Shown piece by piece: positions 28,628-37,281 of a stretch of DNA of 64,000 nt. The stretch lies in assembly GCA_050250895.1 (NCBI GenBank), contig JBFWNU010000002.1:471659-535658 (forward strand). The letters are read 5' to 3'. Made by a program: the position numbers and the translations under genes. Positions within the stretch are counted from its first letter, which is position 1, and every line of letters starts with the position of its first letter. This DNA comes from Vulcanimicrobiota bacterium. GTDB taxonomy: Bacteria > Vulcanimicrobiota > Xenobia > Xenobiales > JADMJV01. The notes below the pieces were generated by a model. The model did not search any database. It was given only the letters and a program-made list of their open reading frames with translations, and had not been told where the DNA came from.

Positions 28628-29995
28628 ATGGCCAACGACCCCATCGTTCTCTGGAACGAGTTTCTCGATAAATGCGAGTTTGTCTATCTGACCGACCATC
28701 CCCGAGGCGTTCCCCTCGACTGGTTGCAAGAATTGCAGAACTTCACTCCGGCCGACCCCTTCGAGGCCGAGTTGCTGGCTCGTTTGAGCCAGGCCGAGCC
28801 CGACCAGTTCCGGTCCATCTTCAGCAGCTTTCTAGCCCGGCGCGGACCCACCACCTTGATGCAGGCTCCCAAGGTGCCCCTGCGGTTGGTGCTGGAAGAC
28901 CCAACCAGCGAGCCGGCCGACGTGCTCATCGCTTGCGGTGACTGGGATCGGGTGGGCCAGTATGTGCTCGAACGCGCCGGCCCGACGGCGGCCGAATTTT
29001 GGGCCAGCCAACCCCAGGACGTTCCCGTCGGCGTCGACCCTGGCAAGCTGCCCTGCCTGAAGCTGATTCTGTTGCCTCGTATCGAATCGGCCTCGCCCCG
29101 CGACCTGCGCAATCTGTGCAAGAAGGCGCTGGCCATGGCCGGCCAGGTCGAGGCCCGTCGGGTGGTGATGACCCACGTGCCCTCGACCCACCCCGAGCTC
29201 TCCGACGAGTTCGCTGCTGCCGAGGTGGTCAGTGCCGCTCGCGACTTTTTGCTCGGTCACAAAGAGGCATCGCTGAGGCTGGCCGTCTTTCATCGCCGCA
29301 CCTATCCCCACTATTTGCGTTGGCTCAAGACACTGGGAGCGACCCAGCCCCTCGAGGCCGACGATGCGCCACCGGTCGACAGCCCTTCGGCTCCGGCCTT
29401 CGAGCGGATCCTGGCCGGAGGGCGCGAGCTGGTGGGCACGGTCGGCGAGCGTCTGCAGGGGGCGCTCGGGGCCGGTCGCCGCATGCTCGAAGGCGGCTGG
29501 CTGCCCACCTACGAGACTCGCCAGGCCCAGATGCGGCTTGAATTAGGCGACCACGATGGGGCTCTCGAGCTGTTGGGTCGGTTTGGCGATACCGGTCGGG
29601 CTCTGCCCGAATTCGTCAAGTCGCTCATCTGCTACGATCGCTATCTGCGCCAGGGCGAAGAGGCCGACTTGATTCTGGCTCGGGCCGGGCTCGAGCGGCT
29701 GCTGGTCGAGTCGGCTCCCACCGTCGAAGCCCGGCTGCAGCTCAATCTCGCCCTGGCCATGTGCTATCAATTGGACGGACGAGGCAAGCTGGCCATCGAT
29801 CTGCTTCATCAGGTCGGTCAAGGATTACGCAGCCTCGAGCGTCTCGACCAGGCCGAGCAGATCGACCAGCTCGCCTTGGCTTTTGCCGAGTCTCCCAGGG
29901 CCAAGCCCTTCCTGCGCGGCACGGCCCCTCTCGAGGGAGACTCCATCGAGGTGGCCATGCCCTTTCATCAAGGCACCCTGGCCGGAGGAGGGTAA
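28628..29995 (+). CDS. Degenerate macrodomain plus TPR-like protein
   Basis: LVLEDPT..ADVLI, PGKLPCLKLIL, LRNLCKKALAMA..ARRVVM..ST, AAEVVSAARDF follow the macro fold order. Confidence 0.6.
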   Translation: MANDPIVLWNEFLDKCEFVYLTDHPRGVPLDWLQELQNFTPADPFEAELLARLSQAEPDQFRSIFSSFLARRGPTTLMQAPKVPLRLVLEDPTSEPADVLIACGDWDRVGQYVLERAGPTAAEFWASQPQDVPVGVDPGKLPCLKLILLPRIESASPRDLRNLCKKALAMAGQVEARRVVMTHVPSTHPELSDEFAAAEVVSAARDFLLGHKEASLRLAVFHRRTYPHYLRWLKTLGATQPLEADDAPPVDSPSAPAFERILAGGRELVGTVGERLQGALGAGRRMLEGGWLPTYETRQAQMRLELGDHDGALELLGRFGDTGRALPEFVKSLICYDRYLRQGEEADLILARAGLERLLVESAPTVEARLQLNLALAMCYQLDGRGKLAIDLLHQVGQGLRSLERLDQAEQIDQLALAFAESPRAKPFLRGTAPLEGDSIEVAMPFHQGTLAGGG

Positions 29996-30063
29996 TCCCC
30001 CACTTCAGGTCCGCCGGACCGGGTCGAAAAAGTTAGGGCAAACTGAAAGGAACTCTAACTCGA

Positions 30064-30276
30064 ATGAACCTCTTGCTGAACGGACTCGTAACCTTGTCGC
30101 TGCTGGGCGGCCCCGTCTACACCGACGTCAATCCCGAGGCTATCCAACTGTCGCCCGCCAAGAATCCCGTGGCCATCGTGGCCATGGCCAATCCCGATGA
30201 GCATCACGATAAGAAAGACAAGGACAAACACGACCAGGACAAGCACGACGACCATCACGACAAAGGTCACCACTAA
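30064..30276 (+). CDS. Small secreted His/Asp-rich protein
   Basis: Hydrophobic N-terminus; tail DEHHDKKDKDKHDQDKHDDHHDKGHH; aaagga RBS; followed by a terminator. Confidence 0.7.
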   Translation: MNLLLNGLVTLSLLGGPVYTDVNPEAIQLSPAKNPVAIVAMANPDEHHDKKDKDKHDQDKHDDHHDKGHH

Positions 30277-30301
30277 CCACAAATCTTGTGAGCCCCCGGT
30301 T

Positions 30302-30331
30302 GCCCTGGCTTCGGCCAGGGCTCTTTTTGTT
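30302..30331 (+). terminator. Rho-independent terminator
   Basis: GCCCTGGC-TTCG-GCCAGGGC followed by tctttttgtt. Confidence 0.85.
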
Positions 30332-30368
30332 GCCAGGGAAACCTCGGGTGGGCCACAAAGGTGCGGTT

Positions 30369-32483
30369 ATGACAGCCCCACCGCCCCCCGGGGAAGAGCG
30401 CGTCGGACCCGCAGTCGCTCTGCTCGCGCTCGGGCTGAGCCTGCCGGTGGTGTTCTCGTTGGTCTACCTGGTGGCTCCCGAGCAACCCGCGGGTTTGTTG
30501 GGGTATCTACTCTTCGAGTCCGACGCCGGAGGGCTGTTGGGGGCGGGCGCGCCGTTAGGTCGGATTCTCTGCTTTGGTGCTGGCGCTCTCTGGCTGATGC
30601 AGGGGCCCCGCGTGCCCCAGGCGCTCAGAGGGGTAAGTCTGGCTCTGGCCGGGCTCATCGGCTGGAGCCTGATTTCAGCCCTGGCCTCGCCCTTTCGCCA
30701 TGATGCCCTGGTGGTCTGGATGGACCTGCTGGTGGCCGGATTGGTGTTCGTGATGGGGGCCGACTATGGTAGTCGCTGGGCTCCCGAGCGCTGGGTCGTG
30801 CCCGTGGTGGCGGCGGCGGTGCTGGTGTTGCCGGCGAATTTTCTCAGTCTCACCCAGCCATCTCCGTTTTATCCCTATATGATCGGTGCCTTCCAGGCGC
30901 CTAACCCGCTGGCCGGATTCTCGTTGCTCTTTTTACCCCTGGCCTTGGCTCTGACCTGGTGGCAAGACCCACCCGTAGCCGGCCGCCGACTGCTCATCTG
31001 GCTGCTGGGAGCGGTGCTGGCGGCCCTGTTGATCGTATGCGTCCTGATGGCCTTCTCTCGCACCGCCATGGCCGTAATGCTGTTGCTGATCGTAGCCGGA
31101 TTGGGACTGGCCCGCCCGCCCCTCGGGCAGGGGTTGGGAATGTTGGCTCTGGTCGCGATGCTGGTGCTCGGCTTCACCCGCGCCCTCGACCCCCAGGGCG
31201 AGCGAACCCAGTTTGCCCAGCACCGGGCCGAGCGGCTGGTGAAAGGAGACTCTTCTACCTCGGCTCGCTTCAAGCTGTGGTCGGCGGGCCTGGCCATCGC
31301 CCGGGACTATCCCGTCTTGGGCGTGGGCCCGGGAGGTTTTCGGCGAGTCTACCCCCGAGTCCAGAACGACGTGCGATTTTTTTCCAGTTCTCCCCACAGC
31401 TGGCTGCTCACGCTGGCTTGCGAAGAGGGCTTTCCGGCACTGCTGCTGGCCCTCTGCGCGCTGGGTCTGGGGCTGCGGGCAGCCTGGCCGTTCTGGAACC
31501 GCCACCCGTTGGCTCGCGCCCTGCTGCTGGGCGCGGGGGGATTTCTGCTCTATGATTCGGTCGATGTCCAATTGCGCTACCCCGCCGTGGTGTGGTTGAT
31601 GACCGCCGCGGCCGGACTGAGCCTGGCTCAATCCCCCAGCCTGTCACTTGGAAAGAACTGGCGTTGGGGCGGGCCGGGGCTGGCGCTACTGGCGGTGCTG
31701 CAATGGCCCCTCATCCTGGTCGACTATCATCTTCATCGGGGCGATCAGACCCTGGCTGCCCGCCAGTTCGAGGTCGCTTATTCCGAGTACACCCGTGCCC
31801 TATCCATCGACCCCTTCGAGGACCGCGCCTGGCACCAGCGTGGGTTAGTGCTGCTCAACAGCCTGGGCCAACCGGCCGCGGCGCTCGCGTCGGCCCGCCG
31901 AGCGGTCGAGCTGGCTCCTGACAAGGCGAGCCACTGGCATCTGCTGGGTCTGGCTCTGGAGAAGGTGGGTCAACCCGGCAGCCTCGAGGCCTTCCACCAG
32001 GCTCTGGAGCGCGACGCCTACAACTATCCTATTTTCTACTACGACATTTCCAACCATTACCAGCATCAGGGCAAGCGGGACGAGGCCTTCGAATGGCTCC
32101 AAAAGGCGGTCGAGCGTTTTCCCCTCGAGGCCCTCGAGGCAGTTCACCAGGCGCGCCGCCCCACCGTCGAATACCAGCTCTCGCGCGTCTACTCTTCGCT
32201 GGGCGAGATGCACGGCCCCACCCTTGCCCCGGTAGAAGCCGAGCGAGCTTTTCGCACCTCGCTCTCGCTGCAAGAATCAGACACCGCGACCCTGGGGTTG
32301 GCCTTTAGCCTCTACTCGCAGCAGCGCTATCAAGAGGCGTTGTCCCGGCTGCGCCACCTCGAACAGAAAAGGCCCGACTTCGAACCGGCCCTGCAGTTGC
32401 AACTGGCCTGCCATCAGGCCCTGGGCGACGCCGCTCAGGTGGCCCGCCTGCGCCGGCGCCTGGCCGGGCTGCGCCCTAAGTGA
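30369..32483 (+). CDS. O-antigen ligase (Wzy_C/PglL-like) family protein with C-terminal TPRs
   Basis: Multiple transmembrane segments; GAFQAPNPLAG, FSRTA, R..LW..GL.IARDYPVLGVGPGGF, PHSWLL..ACEEG; TPR tail. Confidence 0.87.
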   Translation: MTAPPPPGEERVGPAVALLALGLSLPVVFSLVYLVAPEQPAGLLGYLLFESDAGGLLGAGAPLGRILCFGAGALWLMQGPRVPQALRGVSLALAGLIGWSLISALASPFRHDALVVWMDLLVAGLVFVMGADYGSRWAPERWVVPVVAAAVLVLPANFLSLTQPSPFYPYMIGAFQAPNPLAGFSLLFLPLALALTWWQDPPVAGRRLLIWLLGAVLAALLIVCVLMAFSRTAMAVMLLLIVAGLGLARPPLGQGLGMLALVAMLVLGFTRALDPQGERTQFAQHRAERLVKGDSSTSARFKLWSAGLAIARDYPVLGVGPGGFRRVYPRVQNDVRFFSSSPHSWLLTLACEEGFPALLLALCALGLGLRAAWPFWNRHPLARALLLGAGGFLLYDSVDVQLRYPAVVWLMTAAAGLSLAQSPSLSLGKNWRWGGPGLALLAVLQWPLILVDYHLHRGDQTLAARQFEVAYSEYTRALSIDPFEDRAWHQRGLVLLNSLGQPAAALASARRAVELAPDKASHWHLLGLALEKVGQPGSLEAFHQALERDAYNYPIFYYDISNHYQHQGKRDEAFEWLQKAVERFPLEALEAVHQARRPTVEYQLSRVYSSLGEMHGPTLAPVEAERAFRTSLSLQESDTATLGLAFSLYSQQRYQEALSRLRHLEQKRPDFEPALQLQLACHQALGDAAQVARLRRRLAGLRPK

Positions 32484-32495
32484 GTCGTGAACGGC

Positions 32496-32687
32496 TTAGC
32501 GAAACCCGTGTTCGCGGAAATGGCGCATCAGTTGCTTGCCCAGCTGCACCTCGTCGGCGTGGTCGGGGCTGTGCTGGGCTAGCGCCAGCCGCCCTTCGGG
32601 TTTTTTCAGCCAGTCTGAAAAGGACTTCAGAAACTGGATGGTGTCGCGTGGAGAGATGTCTCTGTTGTCTCGTTCAGGATGAGTCAT
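32496..32687 (-). CDS. Small hypothetical protein
   Basis: 63-aa ORF filling an intergenic gap; TAAATT-N6-ATG leaderless signature. Confidence 0.6.
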   Translation of the reverse strand: MTHPERDNRDISPRDTIQFLKSFSDWLKKPEGRLALAQHSPDHADEVQLGKQLMRHFREHGFR

Positions 32688-32725
32688 GGTCCGAATTTAG
32701 GCCACCACTCTGAAAAAGTCCTGAT

Positions 32726-32752
32726 AAAAAGAGGGGTCGCAGCGCGACCCCT
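32726..32752 (-). terminator. Terminator after sdpI
   Basis: AGGGGTCGC-AGC-GCGACCCCT hairpin preceded by AAAAA on the + strand (U-tract on -). Confidence 0.75.
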
Positions 32753-32757
32753 GGTGG

Positions 32758-33423
32758 CTACTTGCCTGGCTCGATCTTGTCGGGATCTTCTTTCCAGATC
32801 TTGTAACCATAGTAGAAGGTGAAGCCGAGGCTGAAGAACAGCCCAACCACGAAGTAGCCGGTGGCCAGGCCATAAAGGCCCAGCAGCCCGAAAAGCGATG
32901 TGCCCAGACCCAGGGCTACGAACATCCGGCCCCCCAGCCGATGGCTCAGCGCCCAGGCTCGCTCGCTGGAGAGCGTCCAGGGGGTGCGAAAGCCAGCGAA
33001 GAAGTTACTGCGGGTTTTGCCCAGCACGTTGCCCAAGCCGGCAAAGAGCAGCCCCATGGCTACCAGCACCACCTGGCTGATGTCGACGGGGTGTCCGGTG
33101 GCCGCCCACAGCACCGCCCAGTGGATGACCAGCATGAACAGCACCAGGATGACCATGATGGCATCGATGGCTTTGCGAGACTGCTCGACGTGTTCCTTGC
33201 GCGGATCAAAGCGGGCGGCCAGCATGATGGTGGCCAGCACGAACAGGGTCATTCCGGGTCCGCCCCACAAGACCTGATCGCGAGATCCCCATCCGTTGGG
33301 GTTGCCGTGCAGATCCCAATGCATGGGCACGTGGGCGCCGGCCGGGATGATGGTCCAGGCCCAAAGGCTGAGAGCCACCATGGCCAGCCATACGACGACG
33401 ACGACGATACGATTGTTATTCAT
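32758..33423 (-). CDS. sdpI: SdpI family immunity membrane protein (DUF1648 + SdpI)
   Basis: VPMHW..G.PNGW, GNVLGK..NFFAGFRTPWTLSSE.AW..SHRLGG. Confidence 0.9.
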   Translation of the reverse strand: MNNNRIVVVVVWLAMVALSLWAWTIIPAGAHVPMHWDLHGNPNGWGSRDQVLWGGPGMTLFVLATIMLAARFDPRKEHVEQSRKAIDAIMVILVLFMLVIHWAVLWAATGHPVDISQVVLVAMGLLFAGLGNVLGKTRSNFFAGFRTPWTLSSERAWALSHRLGGRMFVALGLGTSLFGLLGLYGLATGYFVVGLFFSLGFTFYYGYKIWKEDPDKIEPGK

Positions 33424-33703
33424 GGGTTCCTCCGCCACCGTTGCTCGAGATGCCGAGCCGGTTCATCAATCCCAGAAGGGCATCTTCCAGGACACTCACG
33501 TTGAGACTGTAGACGATAGTCGTGCCCTTGCGGTCGCGCCAGACCAGATCCGCCTGGCTAAGCACGTTGAAGTGCTTAGACAGCGTGGGCTTGGAGAGGT
33601 CGAAGTGTTCAGCCAATTCGCCAGCCGACATGTCGCCCTCTTTCAACAGTTCGAGGATCTTGCGACGGGTCGGATCGGAGAGGGCTTTGAAGACATCATT
33701 CAT
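33416..33703 (-). CDS. sdpR: ArsR-family autorepressor (SdpR-like)
   Basis: FKALSDPTRRKILELL..DMSAGELAEHF.LSKPTLS.HF..L..ADLV; coupled to sdpI. Confidence 0.9.
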   Translation of the reverse strand: MNDVFKALSDPTRRKILELLKEGDMSAGELAEHFDLSKPTLSKHFNVLSQADLVWRDRKGTTIVYSLNVSVLEDALLGLMNRLGISSNGGGGTHE

Positions 33704-33713
33704 GTTAATTCGC

Positions 33714-33735
33714 TATTTAGCTAAACGGCAAAATA
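33714..33735. promoter_or_regulatory. Probable SdpR operator
   Basis: TATTTAGC-N6-GCAAAATA imperfect inverted repeat (7/8) 10 bp upstream of sdpR. Confidence 0.65.
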
Positions 33736-33761
33736 AGCATAGCATGTCCGGTGTCGGCTGT

Positions 33762-34469
33762 CTAGAGGGTGAGTGGCGGACCGCGGCCTTCCAATACGAT
33801 GCTCGTGATCTTGCGGCGATGGGTGTCCAGGCTCAGGGTGCCGAGCGTCGTATCATGCACGGTCTGTCCGGGTTCATTGGGAAAGAGGATGTCGATCCTC
33901 GCTTTGGGTTCGCCCAGGCGTAAGACGACCACCCCAGAAGGCTTTAGCAACTGGCTGCCAGCCAGGCCGTCGACCGTGTCGTTGCGGTAGCGGACCTTCA
34001 CCCACTCATCACCGCGACGATACTCGCACAGGCCTTCTTCTTCACTTACCGGTGGTCCCCAGGTCCTCTCGACGCTGGTGCGCATCATTCCGGTGCGCAG
34101 GCCGTTGACCACATAGGTCCACCTGGGAAACTCGACCTGGCCAGGGGGGCTCACCAGGCCGGTGACCAGCAGCGTGCCGGTGAGAATGCTGATGGGCATC
34201 CAGGGGGCTCGCGGGCTGTCGTAAAAGGCCGAACCTCGCAAGCTCGTCAGCTTGTAGACCACGAACATGGTGATGAGGGTGGGCCACCACAGGCTGACCT
34301 CGGGGATGTCGCGCACGGCCAGATAGGCGCCTGTGGTCCACAGGGCAAGGGTGGCGAGCAAGACCGGGACCTGCAGCCTGGTGTAGTCTCGCTGGTGGCG
34401 GAATTCGTGGCCGCACTCACAGCGACGTGCCTGGTCTGATAGCAAGCTCTGGCAAGAGGGGCATCTCAT
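33762..34469 (-). CDS. Hypothetical membrane protein with N-terminal Zn ribbon
   Basis: MRCPSC..CECG, three transmembrane segments, BamE/BLIP-like 'GM.R..VE..WG.P'. Confidence 0.7.
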   Translation of the reverse strand: MRCPSCQSLLSDQARRCECGHEFRHQRDYTRLQVPVLLATLALWTTGAYLAVRDIPEVSLWWPTLITMFVVYKLTSLRGSAFYDSPRAPWMPISILTGTLLVTGLVSPPGQVEFPRWTYVVNGLRTGMMRTSVERTWGPPVSEEEGLCEYRRGDEWVKVRYRNDTVDGLAGSQLLKPSGVVVLRLGEPKARIDILFPNEPGQTVHDTTLGTLSLDTHRRKITSIVLEGRGPPLTL

Positions 34470-34858
34470 GGGCGTTTTTGCACTCCTCGTTGGCTGCCGG
34501 CGCGGGGAAAGCCGTCGTCCAGCAGAGGGTGGTTAGAGCCCGAGCAAAAGACCGTGTAGCGGTCGGGAGCGATGGTGGTTTGATACTCATAAGTGACCTG
34601 TCCACTGGCGGGACAGGTGGGCAGCGCTTTGAGGTAAGGTCCGACCAGCCTTTGCAGGTTGGGTGGATAGAGGCCATCGTTGTCGCCGGCATACATCTCG
34701 GCCGCGATGGCGAAGTTCTTGGCATTACCGGTGCAGGCCCTGGCCTGTCCCTCGATTCGCGCGCGGAGAAAATTGGGCACCAGTGTGGCCGCAAGGATGG
34801 CGAAAATCGCGATCACGATCATGAACTCGATATTGGCGAAGGCTCGCTTTATCCCCAT
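34466..34858 (-). CDS. Type IV pilin / pseudopilin-like protein (variant cleavage site)
   Basis: KRA|FANIEFMIVIAIFAILAATLVPNFLRAR with E at +5; 'EMY..DN.G.YP'. Confidence 0.8.
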   Translation of the reverse strand: MGIKRAFANIEFMIVIAIFAILAATLVPNFLRARIEGQARACTGNAKNFAIAAEMYAGDNDGLYPPNLQRLVGPYLKALPTCPASGQVTYEYQTTIAPDRYTVFCSGSNHPLLDDGFPRAGSQRGVQKRP

Positions 34859-36027
34859 AAGACCTCAGCCTCCTGGCGCAGGCGCTCGCGCAGGCTGGCT
34901 CGCCAGAGATTCGAGGCGGCGATCTGGTCGAGCAGGTCTTGCAGATGGGATTTGATGGTAGCGGCCATCTCGTGTCCAATCGAGGTACACCACTCGATGG
35001 CCCGTTCGAAAGCCTCGTCGCGCACCAATCGATAGCCCCAAACATCGCGCTTGAGGCCGGGCCAGACTACTCGGCCCGCCAGGCCTGGCGGGCCCTCGAG
35101 GGGAGAGGACTCGCTGAAGTAATCCCCGGGAGAAAGCGCCACTTCGGCAGGCCGGCGGGTCATCGCCACCCAAAAGACCGCGCGACAGCGGCGTTGTCCG
35201 AAGGGCTGGCCATCGAATTGCTGTAGCCAGGCGGGTCTTCCGTAGTCAGGGCGCCAACGCAAAAAGAAGAACTGGCGTTCTGGTTTGGGATGGAGGGAAT
35301 ATAGTCCAGGTCGCAGAGCCTGATAGGTGTCGCCCTGGATATTCACCGCCAGGCCCTCGCCCTCAAAGAAAGTCTGCAACAGGTTGCAGGGGCGAGCCCC
35401 CACCGCCAGGCTGCTGCTCGCGGCTCCCGGCGGCCGCAGCGATTCTCCCGGCCACAGACTCACTGGTTCGTGGCAGAGCCATTCGGCGTTGGTCACCAGC
35501 CGGGAGAGGGGAGCGTAGTCGGGTAGAGGATGGGGGGAGAGTTCGATGCGGACCTCGTCGGCCTGGTTAGGCAGGGGACAGGTCTTGGACGGGGCGTCTC
35601 CGCCCAGAGCCAGCAAGCTGAACTCGCCCCGGCCTTCAGGGCCACGAAACTCGTAGCGCAGGTTGCCTCCCAACCCCACTGCCCAGAAGGCAAAGCGGGT
35701 GAACTGGTTGAGGGCGGGTTCGGGACGGCTGAACGGCGCCTCGAGGGCTCGATAGACCACCGACGGCTGATTGAGCAAAGCCGGCCCACCCGAAAGAGCC
35801 AGGCGGACCCCGATCAAGCGGCCCTGTTCGGCCTGGGTGATCATGACATGGCCTGGCTCGAAACCGGCCTGGCGAAGGGCATCCCGAAGTAGGACCAGAT
35901 AACCACCGGCGGGGGTTGGCGGAGCAGAGTCGAGCAGCTTGCGACGGGCCTCTCCTCCAGTGACCGTGAATTCACCTCCCGACTCGGCGCGCCCGCCCCG
36001 ACGGGCTTCTTTCAGGAAGCTGTCCAC
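34849..36027 (-). CDS. Hypothetical protein, third member of the divergent GHKL/Hsp90-like family
   Basis: VDSFL..GRAESGGEFTVTGGEARRKL at the N-terminus; GLKRDVWGYRLVRDEAFE at the C-terminus. Confidence 0.65.
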   Translation of the reverse strand: MDSFLKEARRGGRAESGGEFTVTGGEARRKLLDSAPPTPAGGYLVLLRDALRQAGFEPGHVMITQAEQGRLIGVRLALSGGPALLNQPSVVYRALEAPFSRPEPALNQFTRFAFWAVGLGGNLRYEFRGPEGRGEFSLLALGGDAPSKTCPLPNQADEVRIELSPHPLPDYAPLSRLVTNAEWLCHEPVSLWPGESLRPPGAASSSLAVGARPCNLLQTFFEGEGLAVNIQGDTYQALRPGLYSLHPKPERQFFFLRWRPDYGRPAWLQQFDGQPFGQRRCRAVFWVAMTRRPAEVALSPGDYFSESSPLEGPPGLAGRVVWPGLKRDVWGYRLVRDEAFERAIEWCTSIGHEMAATIKSHLQDLLDQIAASNLWRASLRERLRQEAEVLWG

Positions 36028-36099
36028 CGAGATTTCTTCGGGGGGGAGGAACTCTTTCCTGGGAGTCAAACGGGCGCCAGCAATAGTTTCGAGGAGTGC

Positions 36100-37281
36100 A
36101 TGATGAGGAATTCGACGATCGGTCTGGCTTTGGTGACTACCTTGCTGATGGGATGTGGTCAGCCGCCGGCGACTACGGAAACGCCCGTCGCCCAGGCCAC
36201 CAGTCTGGCCGAGACGCCGGCCGAGGTGGGCACCCCCGAGGCGGCCCCCGCCGCCGACGAGGCCACCGTCAAGCTGGCCGAGCAATTGGGTCAGAAGATC
36301 GCCGACGGCAAGCTGGAGTATAAGGAAAAAAACGAGAAGAGCAACGGACCCGGCTTTCTTTACCTGGCCTCGACGTCGGAGGATCCCAAGGTCCTGGCCG
36401 AAGCCCTCGACGGCATGAGCAAGACCTATTCGAGTTACACTCGCTCCGATAAGCGCAATCCCGTCGATGAGGCCTACGTCGCCACGGTCTCGAAGCACCT
36501 GGCCAGTGAGGATAAAGCGGTGAGATACTGGGCGCTGCAGGCCGCCGGCCAGGCCCTGATCGAGAATCCCGACTCGGGCCCGATCGCCTCCCTCAATAAG
36601 ATCGCTAGCGACGACAAAGAGTTGGGTGCTCGCTATGAGGCTCTCGAGTCGCTGGCCAAGAACCGTGATTGGGACAAGAGTGACGAGACGGTCCAGGTCT
36701 TTCTGAAGGCGTTAGAGGACGAGCCGGCCGTGATCAGTATCGCCCTCTTTCGGCTCGAGGGTAAGGTCCGCTCCATCAGCTCCAAGGAGGAGTTCGCCAG
36801 CCGCACGCGAGCCTTGCTCAAGCACCAGGACCCGGGCGTGCGCGGACGAGCCACCAAGATTTCCACCCAGGTGGTAGCCGATGACGGCCAGGCTGAACTG
36901 GCAAGCGAACTCGAGGGGATGCTCAAGGATGAGAACGCCTTTGTTCGCTCCGAGGCGGCCGAAGCGCTCGCCCACCTGCGCCATCTTTCCTCCACCGAGA
37001 AGATCGTGGCTCTGCTCGATGATCATGAAAAGAACACCTACGATATCAAGTTCGACAACCTGCTGGGACGCAAAGACACGGTGCACCACGACGGAAGCGC
37101 CTGGTCTCGGGTCGATGACTCGGCCCTGCACGCTCTCGAGACCATGAGCGTTCGCCTGGGTGACAAGAAGTTCACCTACGCCAAGATCGACTACAAGAAG
37201 GTGGATGAGGACATCGCCCGCGAGGTGAAGCGAGCCAAAGATTGGTTCAAGGCCAACCAGGCTGAGCTGGCCAAAGGCTAA
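36100..37281 (+). CDS. HEAT-repeat lipoprotein
   Basis: LLMGC lipobox; repeats D..VR..A..A (DKAVRYWA, DPGVRGRA, NAFVRSEAAEAL). Confidence 0.85.
   Translation: MMRNSTIGLALVTTLLMGCGQPPATTETPVAQATSLAETPAEVGTPEAAPAADEATVKLAEQLGQKIADGKLEYKEKNEKSNGPGFLYLASTSEDPKVLAEALDGMSKTYSSYTRSDKRNPVDEAYVATVSKHLASEDKAVRYWALQAAGQALIENPDSGPIASLNKIASDDKELGARYEALESLAKNRDWDKSDETVQVFLKALEDEPAVISIALFRLEGKVRSISSKEEFASRTRALLKHQDPGVRGRATKISTQVVADDGQAELASELEGMLKDENAFVRSEAAEALAHLRHLSSTEKIVALLDDHEKNTYDIKFDNLLGRKDTVHHDGSAWSRVDDSALHALETMSVRLGDKKFTYAKIDYKKVDEDIAREVKRAKDWFKANQAELAKG

Noticed and set aside
36028-36498. N-terminal extension of ORF 34849..36498
   Set aside because: It overlaps the HEAT lipoprotein on the other strand; the family N-motif begins at GTG 36027.
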